Positions 28,979-38,528 of a stretch of 54,603 nucleotides of DNA are shown in pieces. The notes beneath the pieces are model-generated. The model was not told the DNA's origin, did no database searches, and saw only the letters and a program-made list of their open reading frames with translations. Position numbers and translations under genes: made by a program. The stretch spans positions 1 to 54,603 of the IMG/VR virus record IMGVR_UViG_3300037264_007062; one strand, given 5' to 3'. The DNA is from a virus. Taxonomy: Duplodnaviria; Caudoviricetes. How positions within the stretch are numbered: the first letter of the stretch is position 1; each line of letters starts with the position of its first letter.

Positions 28979-29022
28979 AAAACACTCCTCTTTATCATTT
29001 ATTTATGATTTGAGTGTTTTAT
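28977..29022 (-). promoter_or_regulatory. RBS-sequestering hairpin with a late-promoter-like CATAAATA at its apex
   Basis: 11-bp arms 28977-28987 / 29012-29022; inner ATCAT/ATGAT; CATAAATA on minus strand at 29007-29000. Confidence 0.6.
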
Positions 29023-29978
29023 TTTGTGTAAAATTCTTTAAGAATAGTTACTTGATGATCATTTAATTTTTCTGGAAATAAGGCATTCACTTTAACATAT
29101 AGATCACCTTTTCTGTTTTCTCTTAAAATAGAATAACCATGATCTTTAATTTTAAAGACAGATCCTGATTTAGTACATTCTTTTATTTCAAGATCTTTTA
29201 AATCCCAGGGTGTTTTTATTTTTAGTATATTTCCTAATAATAAATCTGTAAAATCAATTTCACGTACGGTTAACAGATCATTTCCATTAATTTCATAATC
29301 TGGATGTTTGTTTATATTGATAAAGAAATTAAATTCATTTTCTTCGATTTTAATTCTTATAACAGATCTTGATTTTATTCCTGCTGGAATATTTATTTCA
29401 ATTTCCTTGTCAATAATTGATGATTTTCGGCCTTTACATTCTGTACAAGGATTATTAATAATAATTCCTTCACCTTTACAGAAATTACATGTAATTGAAA
29501 TATAAAAATTACCTTTACGCGATGATATACTTCCTGTTCCTGAACAATTAGTACAAATCATCACATCCTTTTGATCTTTATATCCTTTAGATTCACAAAA
29601 ATTACATGGTTTATTTAATCTGATATTTTTATGAACAGTATTGCCATAAAGAGCATCTTCTAAATCAATAACAAGTTCTACAGATCTTATTTCGTGTTCG
29701 GATCTGTTTCTGTTATTACCAGAAAAAAAGTTATTGATTATGTCACTGAAATCAAATGATTCTGAAAATGATCCTGTATGATCATATCTGGTTTTTTTGT
29801 CTTTGTCTCCAAGTGTATCATAAGCCTCAGATATTTCTTTAAATTTTTCTTCAGATTCTTTATTATCTTGATTTTTATCAGGATGATATTTAAATGCAAG
29901 TTTTTTAAAAGATTTTTTAATATCTTCAATTGAAGCATCACGATCAACTTCTAAAATTTTGTAATAATCTTTAACCAT
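29019..29978 (-). CDS. dnaJ: DnaJ chaperone (J domain, Zn finger, C-terminal domain)
   Basis: DYYKIL, HPD motif, four CxxCxGxG-type repeats. Confidence 0.95.
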   Translation of the reverse strand: MVKDYYKILEVDRDASIEDIKKSFKKLAFKYHPDKNQDNKESEEKFKEISEAYDTLGDKDKKTRYDHTGSFSESFDFSDIINNFFSGNNRNRSEHEIRSVELVIDLEDALYGNTVHKNIRLNKPCNFCESKGYKDQKDVMICTNCSGTGSISSRKGNFYISITCNFCKGEGIIINNPCTECKGRKSSIIDKEIEINIPAGIKSRSVIRIKIEENEFNFFININKHPDYEINGNDLLTVREIDFTDLLLGNILKIKTPWDLKDLEIKECTKSGSVFKIKDHGYSILRENRKGDLYVKVNALFPEKLNDHQVTILKEFYTK

Positions 29979-30356
29979 TTAAATAAAATCAGGATCGTTA
30001 ACTATGACCGTAATTTGGTCTTCCCATCTCGCAACAGCAACCTGTTTAGGTCCTGAAGACAGATCATTTAAGAATTTTTCTAAATCATTTACAGATCCGT
30101 TAAATACTGTCCAATGATTTATTTGATCTGAAGAATTATCTTCGGGCAATGGAGGTGATGTAATTACTATATCTGATCCGAAATATTTTTTGAGTATTTC
30201 GATGTCAGATAATATAGTATTATAAAGAGGAATATTGCATTTACAACCTGGATTATCCATCCATTTATCCATATCTTTTTCTAGATCTGGATACAGATTT
30301 CTAAATTTACGATCTAAAAGTGCCTTTTTGACAGATTCAACAGTTATTTCTTTCAT
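29979..30356 (-). CDS. Hypothetical protein
   Basis: NPGCKC motif; AAGGA upstream; operon context. Confidence 0.65.
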   Translation of the reverse strand: MKEITVESVKKALLDRKFRNLYPDLEKDMDKWMDNPGCKCNIPLYNTILSDIEILKKYFGSDIVITSPPLPEDNSSDQINHWTVFNGSVNDLEKFLNDLSSGPKQVAVARWEDQITVIVNDPDFI

Positions 30357-30676
30357 CCGCATTCCTTACATAAGAATTGTTTAAGTCTGTAAACAAGATC
30401 AGATAAAATAGAACAAACAGGTCCGTAAATTATAATCGCGAGTAATAAATCTTTAATTTCAATCCACTCATATTTCTGAATTATTTTTATTGATAACCAT
30501 GAAAATATACCTACCCAGAATCCAGCACATTGATTACATTGAATATGATTCTTGATATATTCTGGAATAATTTCTGATTTTATAGCAAACTTTCTTAAAG
30601 GCGCAACCAAAGAAGATCCGGTTAATATATGAGTGATCCCGATTGATGAAACAAGCCACAAAATAGAATTATTCAT
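30353..30676 (-). CDS. DUF1360-like membrane protein
   Basis: ITHIL....LVAPLR...CNQCAGFWVG; three hydrophobic segments. Confidence 0.65.
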   Translation of the reverse strand: MNNSILWLVSSIGITHILTGSSLVAPLRKFAIKSEIIPEYIKNHIQCNQCAGFWVGIFSWLSIKIIQKYEWIEIKDLLLAIIIYGPVCSILSDLVYRLKQFLCKECG

Positions 30677-30691
30677 TAAAAACCTGTTTTT

Positions 30692-31120
30692 CTACTTCCA
30701 AAATGTCATATGAACTTCGTTATTTCGGCGATATAAAGAGAGATTAGGATACTTCTTAAATATGTGTAAAAAAATATTATCTAAATTACTATAATTATTA
30801 TTAATATTATTAAATAATTCGATATTATCGATCTTATCATTAAGTATATTATAATTAATATTATGTACTATACTCTCTTTATTATAGCTAAACTCTATAA
30901 CTTCGTTTCCAAATATTTTTTCAATGTACTCGCTTTTTTTTGCATAAAATCTTTCAAAGAACTTCATATATAATTTTGACAAAACGGCTTCAGTAATTCC
31001 CGATCTTTTAATAAAAATATATTCTTTAAACAAATCTGAAAAATCATTCCAAAGAATTTTTTCAGCTTTCTTATTTTTGAAGATCAGATCTTCAACCGTA
31101 AAAATATTAAGCTTCTTCAT
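30692..31120 (-). CDS. Hypothetical protein
   Basis: GGAG RBS; 142 aa. Confidence 0.6.
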   Translation of the reverse strand: MKKLNIFTVEDLIFKNKKAEKILWNDFSDLFKEYIFIKRSGITEAVLSKLYMKFFERFYAKKSEYIEKIFGNEVIEFSYNKESIVHNINYNILNDKIDNIELFNNINNNYSNLDNIFLHIFKKYPNLSLYRRNNEVHMTFWK

Positions 31121-31166
31121 TCATTCTCCATAAATACAACTATAGAATATATGATAGGAGAAAAAA

Positions 31167-31820
31167 ATGGGAAAATCTTATACAAAAATATGTGACAGTT
31201 TAACTTCTAAGTTAAAAATAAAAGAAGGTTGTTGTCTTATAAAGAAGGGAGACACTTGTCCGATATTCAAAATAATGATATCTGATCCAGAAACTGGAAG
31301 TCCGGTTTCTTTCTTAAATTGGGAAGTTCAGATTTTTATGTGGTTCAATTCATTTATCGGATCAGAAATAGATGATATTTCAGATGAAGTTACATTTAGT
31401 TTGTTAGGAAACAAAAATTTTTGTCAAATAAAAGTCGGAGATATTATAAGATTTGAAGATTGTAACCAAAATATTGTAGAATTCATGGAAGTAGAATCAA
31501 TAGATTCTGATAATTTTACAATTACAGCTACAAGAGGAGATTTTGATGATGTTCCAAGTATACCATTTACTCACTTCAAAAAAGATTCTGTAACTTTTTA
31601 CAGAATCTTTGAAAAAAACGGCTTTATTGATAGTATATTTGAAGATAATTCAGATACAGCAGATATTGATGAAAGAGATTATTCTGTTATAGCTTATCAA
31701 TGGGACAGTGAAGACACTTCACACAGAGGAGAATATCTGTTAGAATTTAAAGTTACAGATGGAGATCTGATAAGGACTTTTCCATTAAATTCAGAAGGAT
31801 TTTGTATCCAAATAATATGA
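31167..31820 (+). CDS. BppU-like baseplate/virion Ig-fold protein
   Basis: IKKGDT.P; YQWDSEDT...GEYLLEFKVT.....TFP; CATAAATA at 31129 and AGGAG RBS. Confidence 0.65.
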   Translation: MGKSYTKICDSLTSKLKIKEGCCLIKKGDTCPIFKIMISDPETGSPVSFLNWEVQIFMWFNSFIGSEIDDISDEVTFSLLGNKNFCQIKVGDIIRFEDCNQNIVEFMEVESIDSDNFTITATRGDFDDVPSIPFTHFKKDSVTFYRIFEKNGFIDSIFEDNSDTADIDERDYSVIAYQWDSEDTSHRGEYLLEFKVTDGDLIRTFPLNSEGFCIQII

Positions 31821-31835
31821 GGAGTATGATTAACT

Positions 31836-32795
31836 ATGAGTGACAAACAAATGAGACCGTCAATTGAATTTATACAAGAAAAAAAAGTATCTGAACCTGA
31901 AATTATAATAGAAAATAAAGAACCTCCTGTTTCTGTTATAACAGAAGAAAAACCACAAGAAGAAAAAATAACGTTAAATAATAAAAATAATTTAGGAAAA
32001 ATAGATAAAAATACAACAGCTATAGAAATTATTGAAAGACTTAAAGCAAAAAGAAATTTTGAAGAAGTTATGTTACCTTCAAAATCTTTGGTATATGAAA
32101 GTATAGGTCTCCAACCAAATCAGTCTGTTCATGTCAGGGCTATGACAATTGCTGAAGAAAAAGTTCTTTCTACTCCAAGACTTGTAAGAAGCGGTCAGGC
32201 TTTAGATAAAATATTTGAATCATGTTTGATGGAAAATGTTGATTCTAACAATCTTCTGGTTGTAGACAGAACATTTCTGCTTTTTTATATCAGAGGTATT
32301 TCATACGGTCCTAGTTATGAAGTTTCAATAAAATGTCCTTCATGTCAAGAATCGTTTGAAGATGAAATAAACTTAGATTCATTACAAGTATCTCATGCTG
32401 ACGACAATTTTGATGATGATATTTGCGCCGAACTTCCTCATTCTGGATTGAAAATATGGTACAGACTTCCCAGAGGAAGTGATGAGAAAAATTTGTCTAG
32501 ACACAGACAGCATATGATCAAGGGTCTTGGAAACCAGATGCTTGATGATACGATTGTAAAAAGAAATATTATGCTGACAAACAGAATTGAACACTTCAAA
32601 GACAGAACTGAAATAGAACAAATCATTAATAATCTTAGTGTTCTAGATTCCAACTTTTTAAGAGATAAAATATCTGATCCGCCTTTCGGTGTTGATACAT
32701 CCGTAAATATCACTTGTCCCCTTTGTTACCATGAATGGGAGATGGAGGTTCCGATTGATGTAAATTTTTTCTTCCCGAAGACGAAAAAAGGCTGA
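31836..32795 (+). CDS. Baseplate hub / tail assembly protein, T4 gp26-like
   Basis: LPSK, VRAMTIAEEKVL, D..FLL..IRGISYG, two CPxC pairs, terminal NFFFP. Confidence 0.85.
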   Translation: MSDKQMRPSIEFIQEKKVSEPEIIIENKEPPVSVITEEKPQEEKITLNNKNNLGKIDKNTTAIEIIERLKAKRNFEEVMLPSKSLVYESIGLQPNQSVHVRAMTIAEEKVLSTPRLVRSGQALDKIFESCLMENVDSNNLLVVDRTFLLFYIRGISYGPSYEVSIKCPSCQESFEDEINLDSLQVSHADDNFDDDICAELPHSGLKIWYRLPRGSDEKNLSRHRQHMIKGLGNQMLDDTIVKRNIMLTNRIEHFKDRTEIEQIINNLSVLDSNFLRDKISDPPFGVDTSVNITCPLCYHEWEMEVPIDVNFFFPKTKKG

Positions 32796-33016
32796 TAGAA
32801 TTCAAAAAAAATCTGTTTGAAGAAGAATTTATCCTGACCTATCACATGAGACAAGGATATGAAGATATCCAATATATTCCGATCTTTGAAAGAAAATGGC
32901 TGATAGACAGATTCTTTGAGCAGAAACAAAAAGAAAAAGAATCTTATGATAAAAGTTCTAAAGGCGGAAATCGTCATCCAGTATCAGTTCCTAGGTTTAT
33001 AAAAAATGGAAAATAA
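32765..33016 (+). CDS. gp51-like / tail-chaperone extension in the -1 frame (not in ORF track)
   Basis: 83 open codons FFLPEDEKRLIEFKKNLFEEEFILTYHMRQGYEDIQYIPIFERKWLIDRFFEQKQKE...; begins at T-TTT-TTC slippery heptamer. Confidence 0.75.
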   Translation, partial: FFLPEDEKRLIEFKKNLFEEEFILTYHMRQGYEDIQYIPIFERKWLIDRFFEQKQKEKESYDKSSKGGNRHPVSVPRFIKNGK

Positions 33017-33404
33017 AAACAATTTACACTCCGGTTCCTCTCAAAGAGGTTATGGCACTTTTCTAGGACTTCTACTAGTCCTGGTCATCATTTCCATTTT
33101 GATGTACACTGGTTACTTTTCACCAAATAACACGACATATGAAGGTACGGCTATTTCAGCACAAAACAGGGCTAATGTTTCAGTTTGTACAACTAATAGA
33201 TCCCAGCTTCAGGCTCAGATCACCCAGACGATGGCCTCCGGAGAAGAAGAATCTGAATCTGTTGGAGTTCAAATAAAATTTGCTAATAGCCTTCGATGTC
33301 CTGATGAAGGATTATATGAATTCGACAAGGATGGCAACATTTACTGTACACAGCATTTTCCTGTTCCTGATTATCTTTTAACTTCAGTTTATTCATTAAA
33401 ATAA
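33006..33404 (+). CDS. Type IV pilin / pseudopilin-like protein
   Basis: Short polar leader QRG then hydrophobic TFLGLLLVLVIISILM; C..N...L helix; CP..G.Y.......YCTQH tip; lacks the canonical Glu+5. Confidence 0.55.
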   Translation: MENKNNLHSGSSQRGYGTFLGLLLVLVIISILMYTGYFSPNNTTYEGTAISAQNRANVSVCTTNRSQLQAQITQTMASGEEESESVGVQIKFANSLRCPDEGLYEFDKDGNIYCTQHFPVPDYLLTSVYSLK

Positions 33405-33427
33405 ATATTTTTTGTAATAAATAGATT

Positions 33428-34189
33428 GTGGCTAAAGAACGATATCAGTCTCTTACTTTAGGTGATGATGTTAATCTAGATTTTTATTCATATCAGAATA
33501 ACAGTCTGATTAATGTCTCAGAAATACAAAAAATAGAAGTTTATTTTTTAGATCCAAACAATATTACAAGTTCTAATATTGACGGAAGATCAATTAAGAA
33601 AATAATTCCTTCAACAGATATCACTCAAATAAATACGGGTCATTATCGGGCTGTTTTGACAATTGATGATAATTTGTATGAAATTGGTGATTTTATTGAT
33701 GTCTGGTTCGTCAGGTATAACACCTTCGATTCTGATTTCTTTCCTGTCATAAATCAATTTAAGGTGTTCTCTGATCTCAGAGAGACCTGGGACCGGCCTT
33801 TTGTATATGATGTAGATTTTTCATTCGATCCCAAAAAAATAGTATCAGGAAATAAAAAATACATAAGAATAGGATTCTTTCCAAATATTCAGATTGAAAA
33901 AGACATTATAGACCGATTTTATTTCAATCTTAAAACTACAGGTAATCTCTTTATTCGAATAGAACAGATTGAAGGTTGCGGATTTGATCCAGATCTTCCA
34001 GCTTTTAATGTAAAGACCGATCCAGAATGGGATCAGGTTGATATTCGCGGAGATAATGAAGCTTATTATCTTATAGATTCTACAGACAATGGAGATTATG
34101 TTTTAGGAATATATGCAGTTCAATTCAAAATTCTTATCGACGGACAAGAAATAATATCTCCGAAATTTTATCTTCAGATATTTGATTAA
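33428..34189 (+). CDS. Hypothetical beta-rich (likely virion) protein
   Basis: 253 aa; AATAAATA immediately upstream. Confidence 0.6.
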   Translation: MAKERYQSLTLGDDVNLDFYSYQNNSLINVSEIQKIEVYFLDPNNITSSNIDGRSIKKIIPSTDITQINTGHYRAVLTIDDNLYEIGDFIDVWFVRYNTFDSDFFPVINQFKVFSDLRETWDRPFVYDVDFSFDPKKIVSGNKKYIRIGFFPNIQIEKDIIDRFYFNLKTTGNLFIRIEQIEGCGFDPDLPAFNVKTDPEWDQVDIRGDNEAYYLIDSTDNGDYVLGIYAVQFKILIDGQEIISPKFYLQIFD

Positions 34190-34227
34190 AATGTGTAAAC
34201 GCACCTTAGTTTGTATTATAAATTAAG

Positions 34228-34959
34228 GTGATGATCATTTCAATGCTGACCCCGCCTAATATACGATTCAATTTCAATAAAATTGAAAACATGACTCTAG
34301 ATCTTATTAATTATTACGAATATTTACGCAGAGAATATACTAAAAGTTCATATATGGCGTATTCTCGTAAAAAAGATCCGCGAGAATCTAAAGCTTTTAA
34401 ATATTTCAAAAAAATTATCGAAATATCTGTAAAAAGTGATACTCTTATTCCTGAGCCTAAACTTTTTATAAGAGCTCAGTTCGAGATATTAAAATTAAAT
34501 AAAGATCTTAAAAAACATGAAGAATTATGTCCTCCGCACAGATTATTAAAATCAGAATGTTGGAAACGATATAAAAACTATATAAATCAAAAAAACAGTG
34601 ATAATATTTACAAGAAAACAGTAATAAAATTAAAAAACTCTGACATTATAAATGAACTTGATAATACAAAAAAATTTTTCACAAATTTTTGTTTAGAATA
34701 TTATGGAACAACAGAAATAAGTTATGACAGAATTTTTTCAAAAGATTCAAAAATATGGATATGGATATGTCATGGATTTATTTCTTGTTATTTTTTAACT
34801 TTGTCTAAGACTTATATGTTATATAAAATAAACATTGATAAAGAATTACAAAAGGAATTACCTTACAACCTTGATATATATTTAGATGATGTAAATTCTA
34901 GAGCTGAGGTTATTGAGTATGCAAGAAAACTATTTGGAAAAGAAATCAACATTGGCTGA
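34228..34959 (+). CDS. Hypothetical protein; start uncertain
   Basis: 243 aa ORF. Confidence 0.6.
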   Translation: MMIISMLTPPNIRFNFNKIENMTLDLINYYEYLRREYTKSSYMAYSRKKDPRESKAFKYFKKIIEISVKSDTLIPEPKLFIRAQFEILKLNKDLKKHEELCPPHRLLKSECWKRYKNYINQKNSDNIYKKTVIKLKNSDIINELDNTKKFFTNFCLEYYGTTEISYDRIFSKDSKIWIWICHGFISCYFLTLSKTYMLYKINIDKELQKELPYNLDIYLDDVNSRAEVIEYARKLFGKEINIG

Positions 34960-36622
34960 ATATAATGAAGACTTGTCTTCGATGTTGAAAACGATCATAT
35001 CAGACATGTCTGATAATCATGATTTTCTTATAAATGAAGTTGATGAAAAAGATCCGAGATATAAAGAAAACAAAGAAATAAATATTTCAAAAGCCAATCT
35101 AGGACAGATCGGTCAGATGATCGACGCAGTTTTTCATCCTTATCGTGAAGATCCAGTCACACTAGATAAAATTTATTGTTCATTTCTAAAATGCAAAAGT
35201 GATGATATTTCTAGAGATAAAAAAGTTTATCCTCCATACAGAACTAATCTGGTTCTGTATGCTCTTGATAAGATTTTATCTGGAGACAGTCCTTATATCA
35301 AACAAGAGCTCGATTTGAAAGTTGAAAATAACTATGTCACTTTAGGCAAGAATGACAGTGATTTTCACAGAATAAAAATTTCATCAACCAAGGAAGTGAG
35401 AATACCTTCATATTTTCATATAGGAATTCAGAGATCTGGAGGAAGATTCGTTTTAAAAACAGAAATCGGATGGAACGGCAGTATAACTCTTCATCTGATT
35501 TATAAAAAAGGAGACGAAGAATTTATAGACGGATTCATCGAATATCTGAACAATTGGATTCATAAAAATAATTTCTATAAAGGATCTAAGATAACACCCG
35601 CTGGTGAGTTTATTGATGTTAAAGATTATAGTTGGGATGATGTCTTTTTAAAAGATGAAACCAAAGATCAGATCGTAATGAATGTTATTTCTTTCTTTAA
35701 GAAAGAAGAAATATACAAAAAGAACGGTATTTCAGCAAAATGCGGCCTTATCTGGGAAGGTCCTCCAGGAACCGGGAAAACTTTAACGGCAAAAATTTTG
35801 GCTAATCAACTTAAAGATATCACTTTTATCTGGATCACCCCGGATGATCTTCATAGTTCTCAAAGCGTGTCTGAAATTTATATGATGGCTCGTGAACTTT
35901 CACCGACTATAGTCTTTTTTGAAGATGCTGATCTTTTCTGTATGGACAGAGGAATATCTAGAAGTAACGCCATTCTGGGTGAAATAATGAATCAGTTGGA
36001 TGGTTTAGTTCAATTGGAAGGTGTCGTCACGATCTTTACATCAAATGATCCTGGAGTTATGGAAAAAGCTCTTGTTGACAGACCTGGAAGATTCGATGAA
36101 AGAATAGTATTCGGTCCGCCTCCGAAGAATATTATTATTAGCATGCTCAAAAAATTCATGCAGAAACCAAAATATGATGCATCTGACTTAGATGAAGTAG
36201 CTAACAGAGCTGAGAAAATTAAGTTAACAGGCGCTCATATAAAAAGACTTTCAGATCTGGCTATTATTTATGCAATTAATGAAGATTCAATAAATTCTGA
36301 CGGTATTGCAAAGGTAGAAGCGGTTCATTTCTTTAAAGCTCTTGACAAACTCAAAGATATGAGAATAAAAGCTCATATTGAAAAATCAGGTTCAAAAAAA
36401 TCATATTTAAGTGATTATGAAGGTATAGCAGAACCAGCAAATCCAAAAGTCAAATATGATGAAAAATTTGAACCTGTTAATGAGTCTAGCAAGATCAATC
36501 TTCAAAAAGTACTCAAGGAAAATATTGAAAAGAAGAAAAAGGCTTCATTTTTGCTTGAAACCATAGAAAATAATTTGTCTGGACAACAAAAAAATAATGA
36601 TTTTATTGTCAGAAAAAAATAA
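34913..36622 (+). CDS. AAA+ ATPase (CDC48/FtsH/PAN clade); true start likely a little downstream
   Basis: GPPGTGKT Walker A, VFFEDAD Walker B, NQLDG, ALVDRPGRFD second region of homology. Confidence 0.92.
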   Translation: MSMQENYLEKKSTLAEYNEDLSSMLKTIISDMSDNHDFLINEVDEKDPRYKENKEINISKANLGQIGQMIDAVFHPYREDPVTLDKIYCSFLKCKSDDISRDKKVYPPYRTNLVLYALDKILSGDSPYIKQELDLKVENNYVTLGKNDSDFHRIKISSTKEVRIPSYFHIGIQRSGGRFVLKTEIGWNGSITLHLIYKKGDEEFIDGFIEYLNNWIHKNNFYKGSKITPAGEFIDVKDYSWDDVFLKDETKDQIVMNVISFFKKEEIYKKNGISAKCGLIWEGPPGTGKTLTAKILANQLKDITFIWITPDDLHSSQSVSEIYMMARELSPTIVFFEDADLFCMDRGISRSNAILGEIMNQLDGLVQLEGVVTIFTSNDPGVMEKALVDRPGRFDERIVFGPPPKNIIISMLKKFMQKPKYDASDLDEVANRAEKIKLTGAHIKRLSDLAIIYAINEDSINSDGIAKVEAVHFFKALDKLKDMRIKAHIEKSGSKKSYLSDYEGIAEPANPKVKYDEKFEPVNESSKINLQKVLKENIEKKKKASFLLETIENNLSGQQKNNDFIVRKK

Positions 36623-37355
36623 ACATAAAAGTTTTATAGTAAAAGAAATTCCAGTTAAAATATCCGGAGAATTTCTTATTCCGACTGACATTGATAAAAT
36701 TGTAAAAGATTTAGAATCAATGGAAATACTCGGAAAGACCGGAACAAAAAAATTTTCAAATGTTGTTTACTGGGAATGGAAGAACAAAGTAATCCGGTTG
36801 CATCTGTATGGTGAATACGGATTAATTGAAAAAAAAGTAAAATCTCCAGAAAATCATAGTGAAGATAATATTTGGATACTTAAAAAAATAATTCCAGTAG
36901 GAGATTTTCACAGCGCTAAGACCGATGTTCTTCCGATCATTAAAAGAGAAGTCATAAAAGCTTCTAAAAGTGAAAAAGAAGACTGGTCTGAATCTTTCAG
37001 AATAAATTCTATAACAAAAAAACTGAAAGAAGCTTTAGTTCAATATTTGCCGAAAATGTGGTTCGCTACAGAAAAAATAAACATAAAGAATTTAGGGCCC
37101 AAGAGACGTATCATATACGTGCCTTTAGTCGGAATGGGTGTAGGACATACAGATAATCAGAGATTATATCAAATTATGTTTGATATATATATTGATGATA
37201 ATAATATATTGAATGTTATTGAGGGAAATATTGAAGGATCATTACATGGAGGAGAGTGGTCTATAGGACCTTCAGATCTTATTGCTAAATTTGCACCATG
37301 GCAGTCTGAAGAAGAAATTGTTGATGCAATAGCAGAATTTGCCGGAAGATACTAA
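36597..37355 (+). CDS. Hypothetical protein
   Basis: 252 aa; TAATG-coupled to the first ANK gene of array C. Confidence 0.65.
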   Translation: MILLSEKNKHKSFIVKEIPVKISGEFLIPTDIDKIVKDLESMEILGKTGTKKFSNVVYWEWKNKVIRLHLYGEYGLIEKKVKSPENHSEDNIWILKKIIPVGDFHSAKTDVLPIIKREVIKASKSEKEDWSESFRINSITKKLKEALVQYLPKMWFATEKINIKNLGPKRRIIYVPLVGMGVGHTDNQRLYQIMFDIYIDDNNILNVIEGNIEGSLHGGEWSIGPSDLIAKFAPWQSEEEIVDAIAEFAGRY

Positions 37356-37900
37356 TGATTAAATTCCAACAATATCTCAATGAAAATAAAGATTTAGATG
37401 AACAATTAATGTATGCATCCGGAAGCGGTAATCTTGAGCTTGTTAAGGAATTAATAGAAAAGGGTGCTGATATCCATTCTAATAGTGATGAAGCTTTAAG
37501 ACGGGCTAGTTCTTATGGTCATTTAGAAGTAGTTAAATATCTTATAAGTAAAGGCGCTAATATTCATGCCTCAAGTAATTATGCATTATTATCGGCTATC
37601 GTCAATGGTTTTTTAGATATAGTCAAATATTTAATAAGTAAAGGTGCGAATATACATGCAGATAATGATGATGCTTTAAAATATGCTAGTAATAGTGGTA
37701 ATTTAGAAGTCGTTAAATATCTTATTCAACAAGGATCAGATATACCTAAATTGATGGATATACCTGAAGATGTACAAGAAATAGCTATAAAAAATGATGT
37801 TGGAAATATAAAGAATATTAAGAATTTAAGATCTGATCTAAAAGAAAAGTATAAACATTTGTTAATAGGATCAGGATTCGGATTATTCAGTGATGATTAA
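37355..37900 (+). CDS. Ankyrin-repeat protein (4 repeats), array C unit 1
   Basis: MIKFQQYLNE; ANK repeats; GSGFGLFSDD. Confidence 0.92.
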   Translation: MIKFQQYLNENKDLDEQLMYASGSGNLELVKELIEKGADIHSNSDEALRRASSYGHLEVVKYLISKGANIHASSNYALLSAIVNGFLDIVKYLISKGANIHADNDDALKYASNSGNLEVVKYLIQQGSDIPKLMDIPEDVQEIAIKNDVGNIKNIKNLRSDLKEKYKHLLIGSGFGLFSDD

Positions 37901-38528
37901 ATTCCAACAATATCTCAATGAAAACAAAGATTTAGATCAGCAATTAATAGATGCCTCTTATGATGGTAATCTTAATCTTGTTAAAAAATTAATAGATCAA
38001 GGCGCTAATATCCATGCTGATAATGATAATGCTTTACAATGGGCTAGTGAAAATGGTCATTTAGAAGTCATTAAATATCTTATAAGTAAAGGAGCTGATA
38101 TTTATGCCGACAATGATGAGGCTTTAAGATTAGCTAGTAATAATGGTTATTTAGATGTAATTAAATATCTTATAAGTAAAGGTGCTGATATTCATACTGA
38201 AAACGACTATGCTTTAAGAGAGGCTAGTTATAAGGGTCATTTAGAAGTAGTTAAATATTTAATAGGTAAAGGGGCTGATATTCATGCTGATGATGACGAT
38301 GCTTTAAAATCTGCTAGTTATTATGGTCATTTAGAAGTCGTTAAATATCTTATTCGACATGGATCAAACATAACTGAAAAAATTGATATACCCGAAGATG
38401 TACAAGAAATCGCTATAAAGAATGATGTTGGAAATATTAAGAATATTAAGAATTTGAGATCTGATCTTAAAGAGAGATATAAACATCTGTTAACAGGATC
38501 AAAGTTCGGATTATTTGATGATGATTAA
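37893..38528 (+). CDS. Ankyrin-repeat protein (5 repeats), array C unit 2
   Basis: ATGATTAA overlap; same scaffold. Confidence 0.92.
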   Translation: MIKFQQYLNENKDLDQQLIDASYDGNLNLVKKLIDQGANIHADNDNALQWASENGHLEVIKYLISKGADIYADNDEALRLASNNGYLDVIKYLISKGADIHTENDYALREASYKGHLEVVKYLIGKGADIHADDDDALKSASYYGHLEVVKYLIRHGSNITEKIDIPEDVQEIAIKNDVGNIKNIKNLRSDLKERYKHLLTGSKFGLFDDD

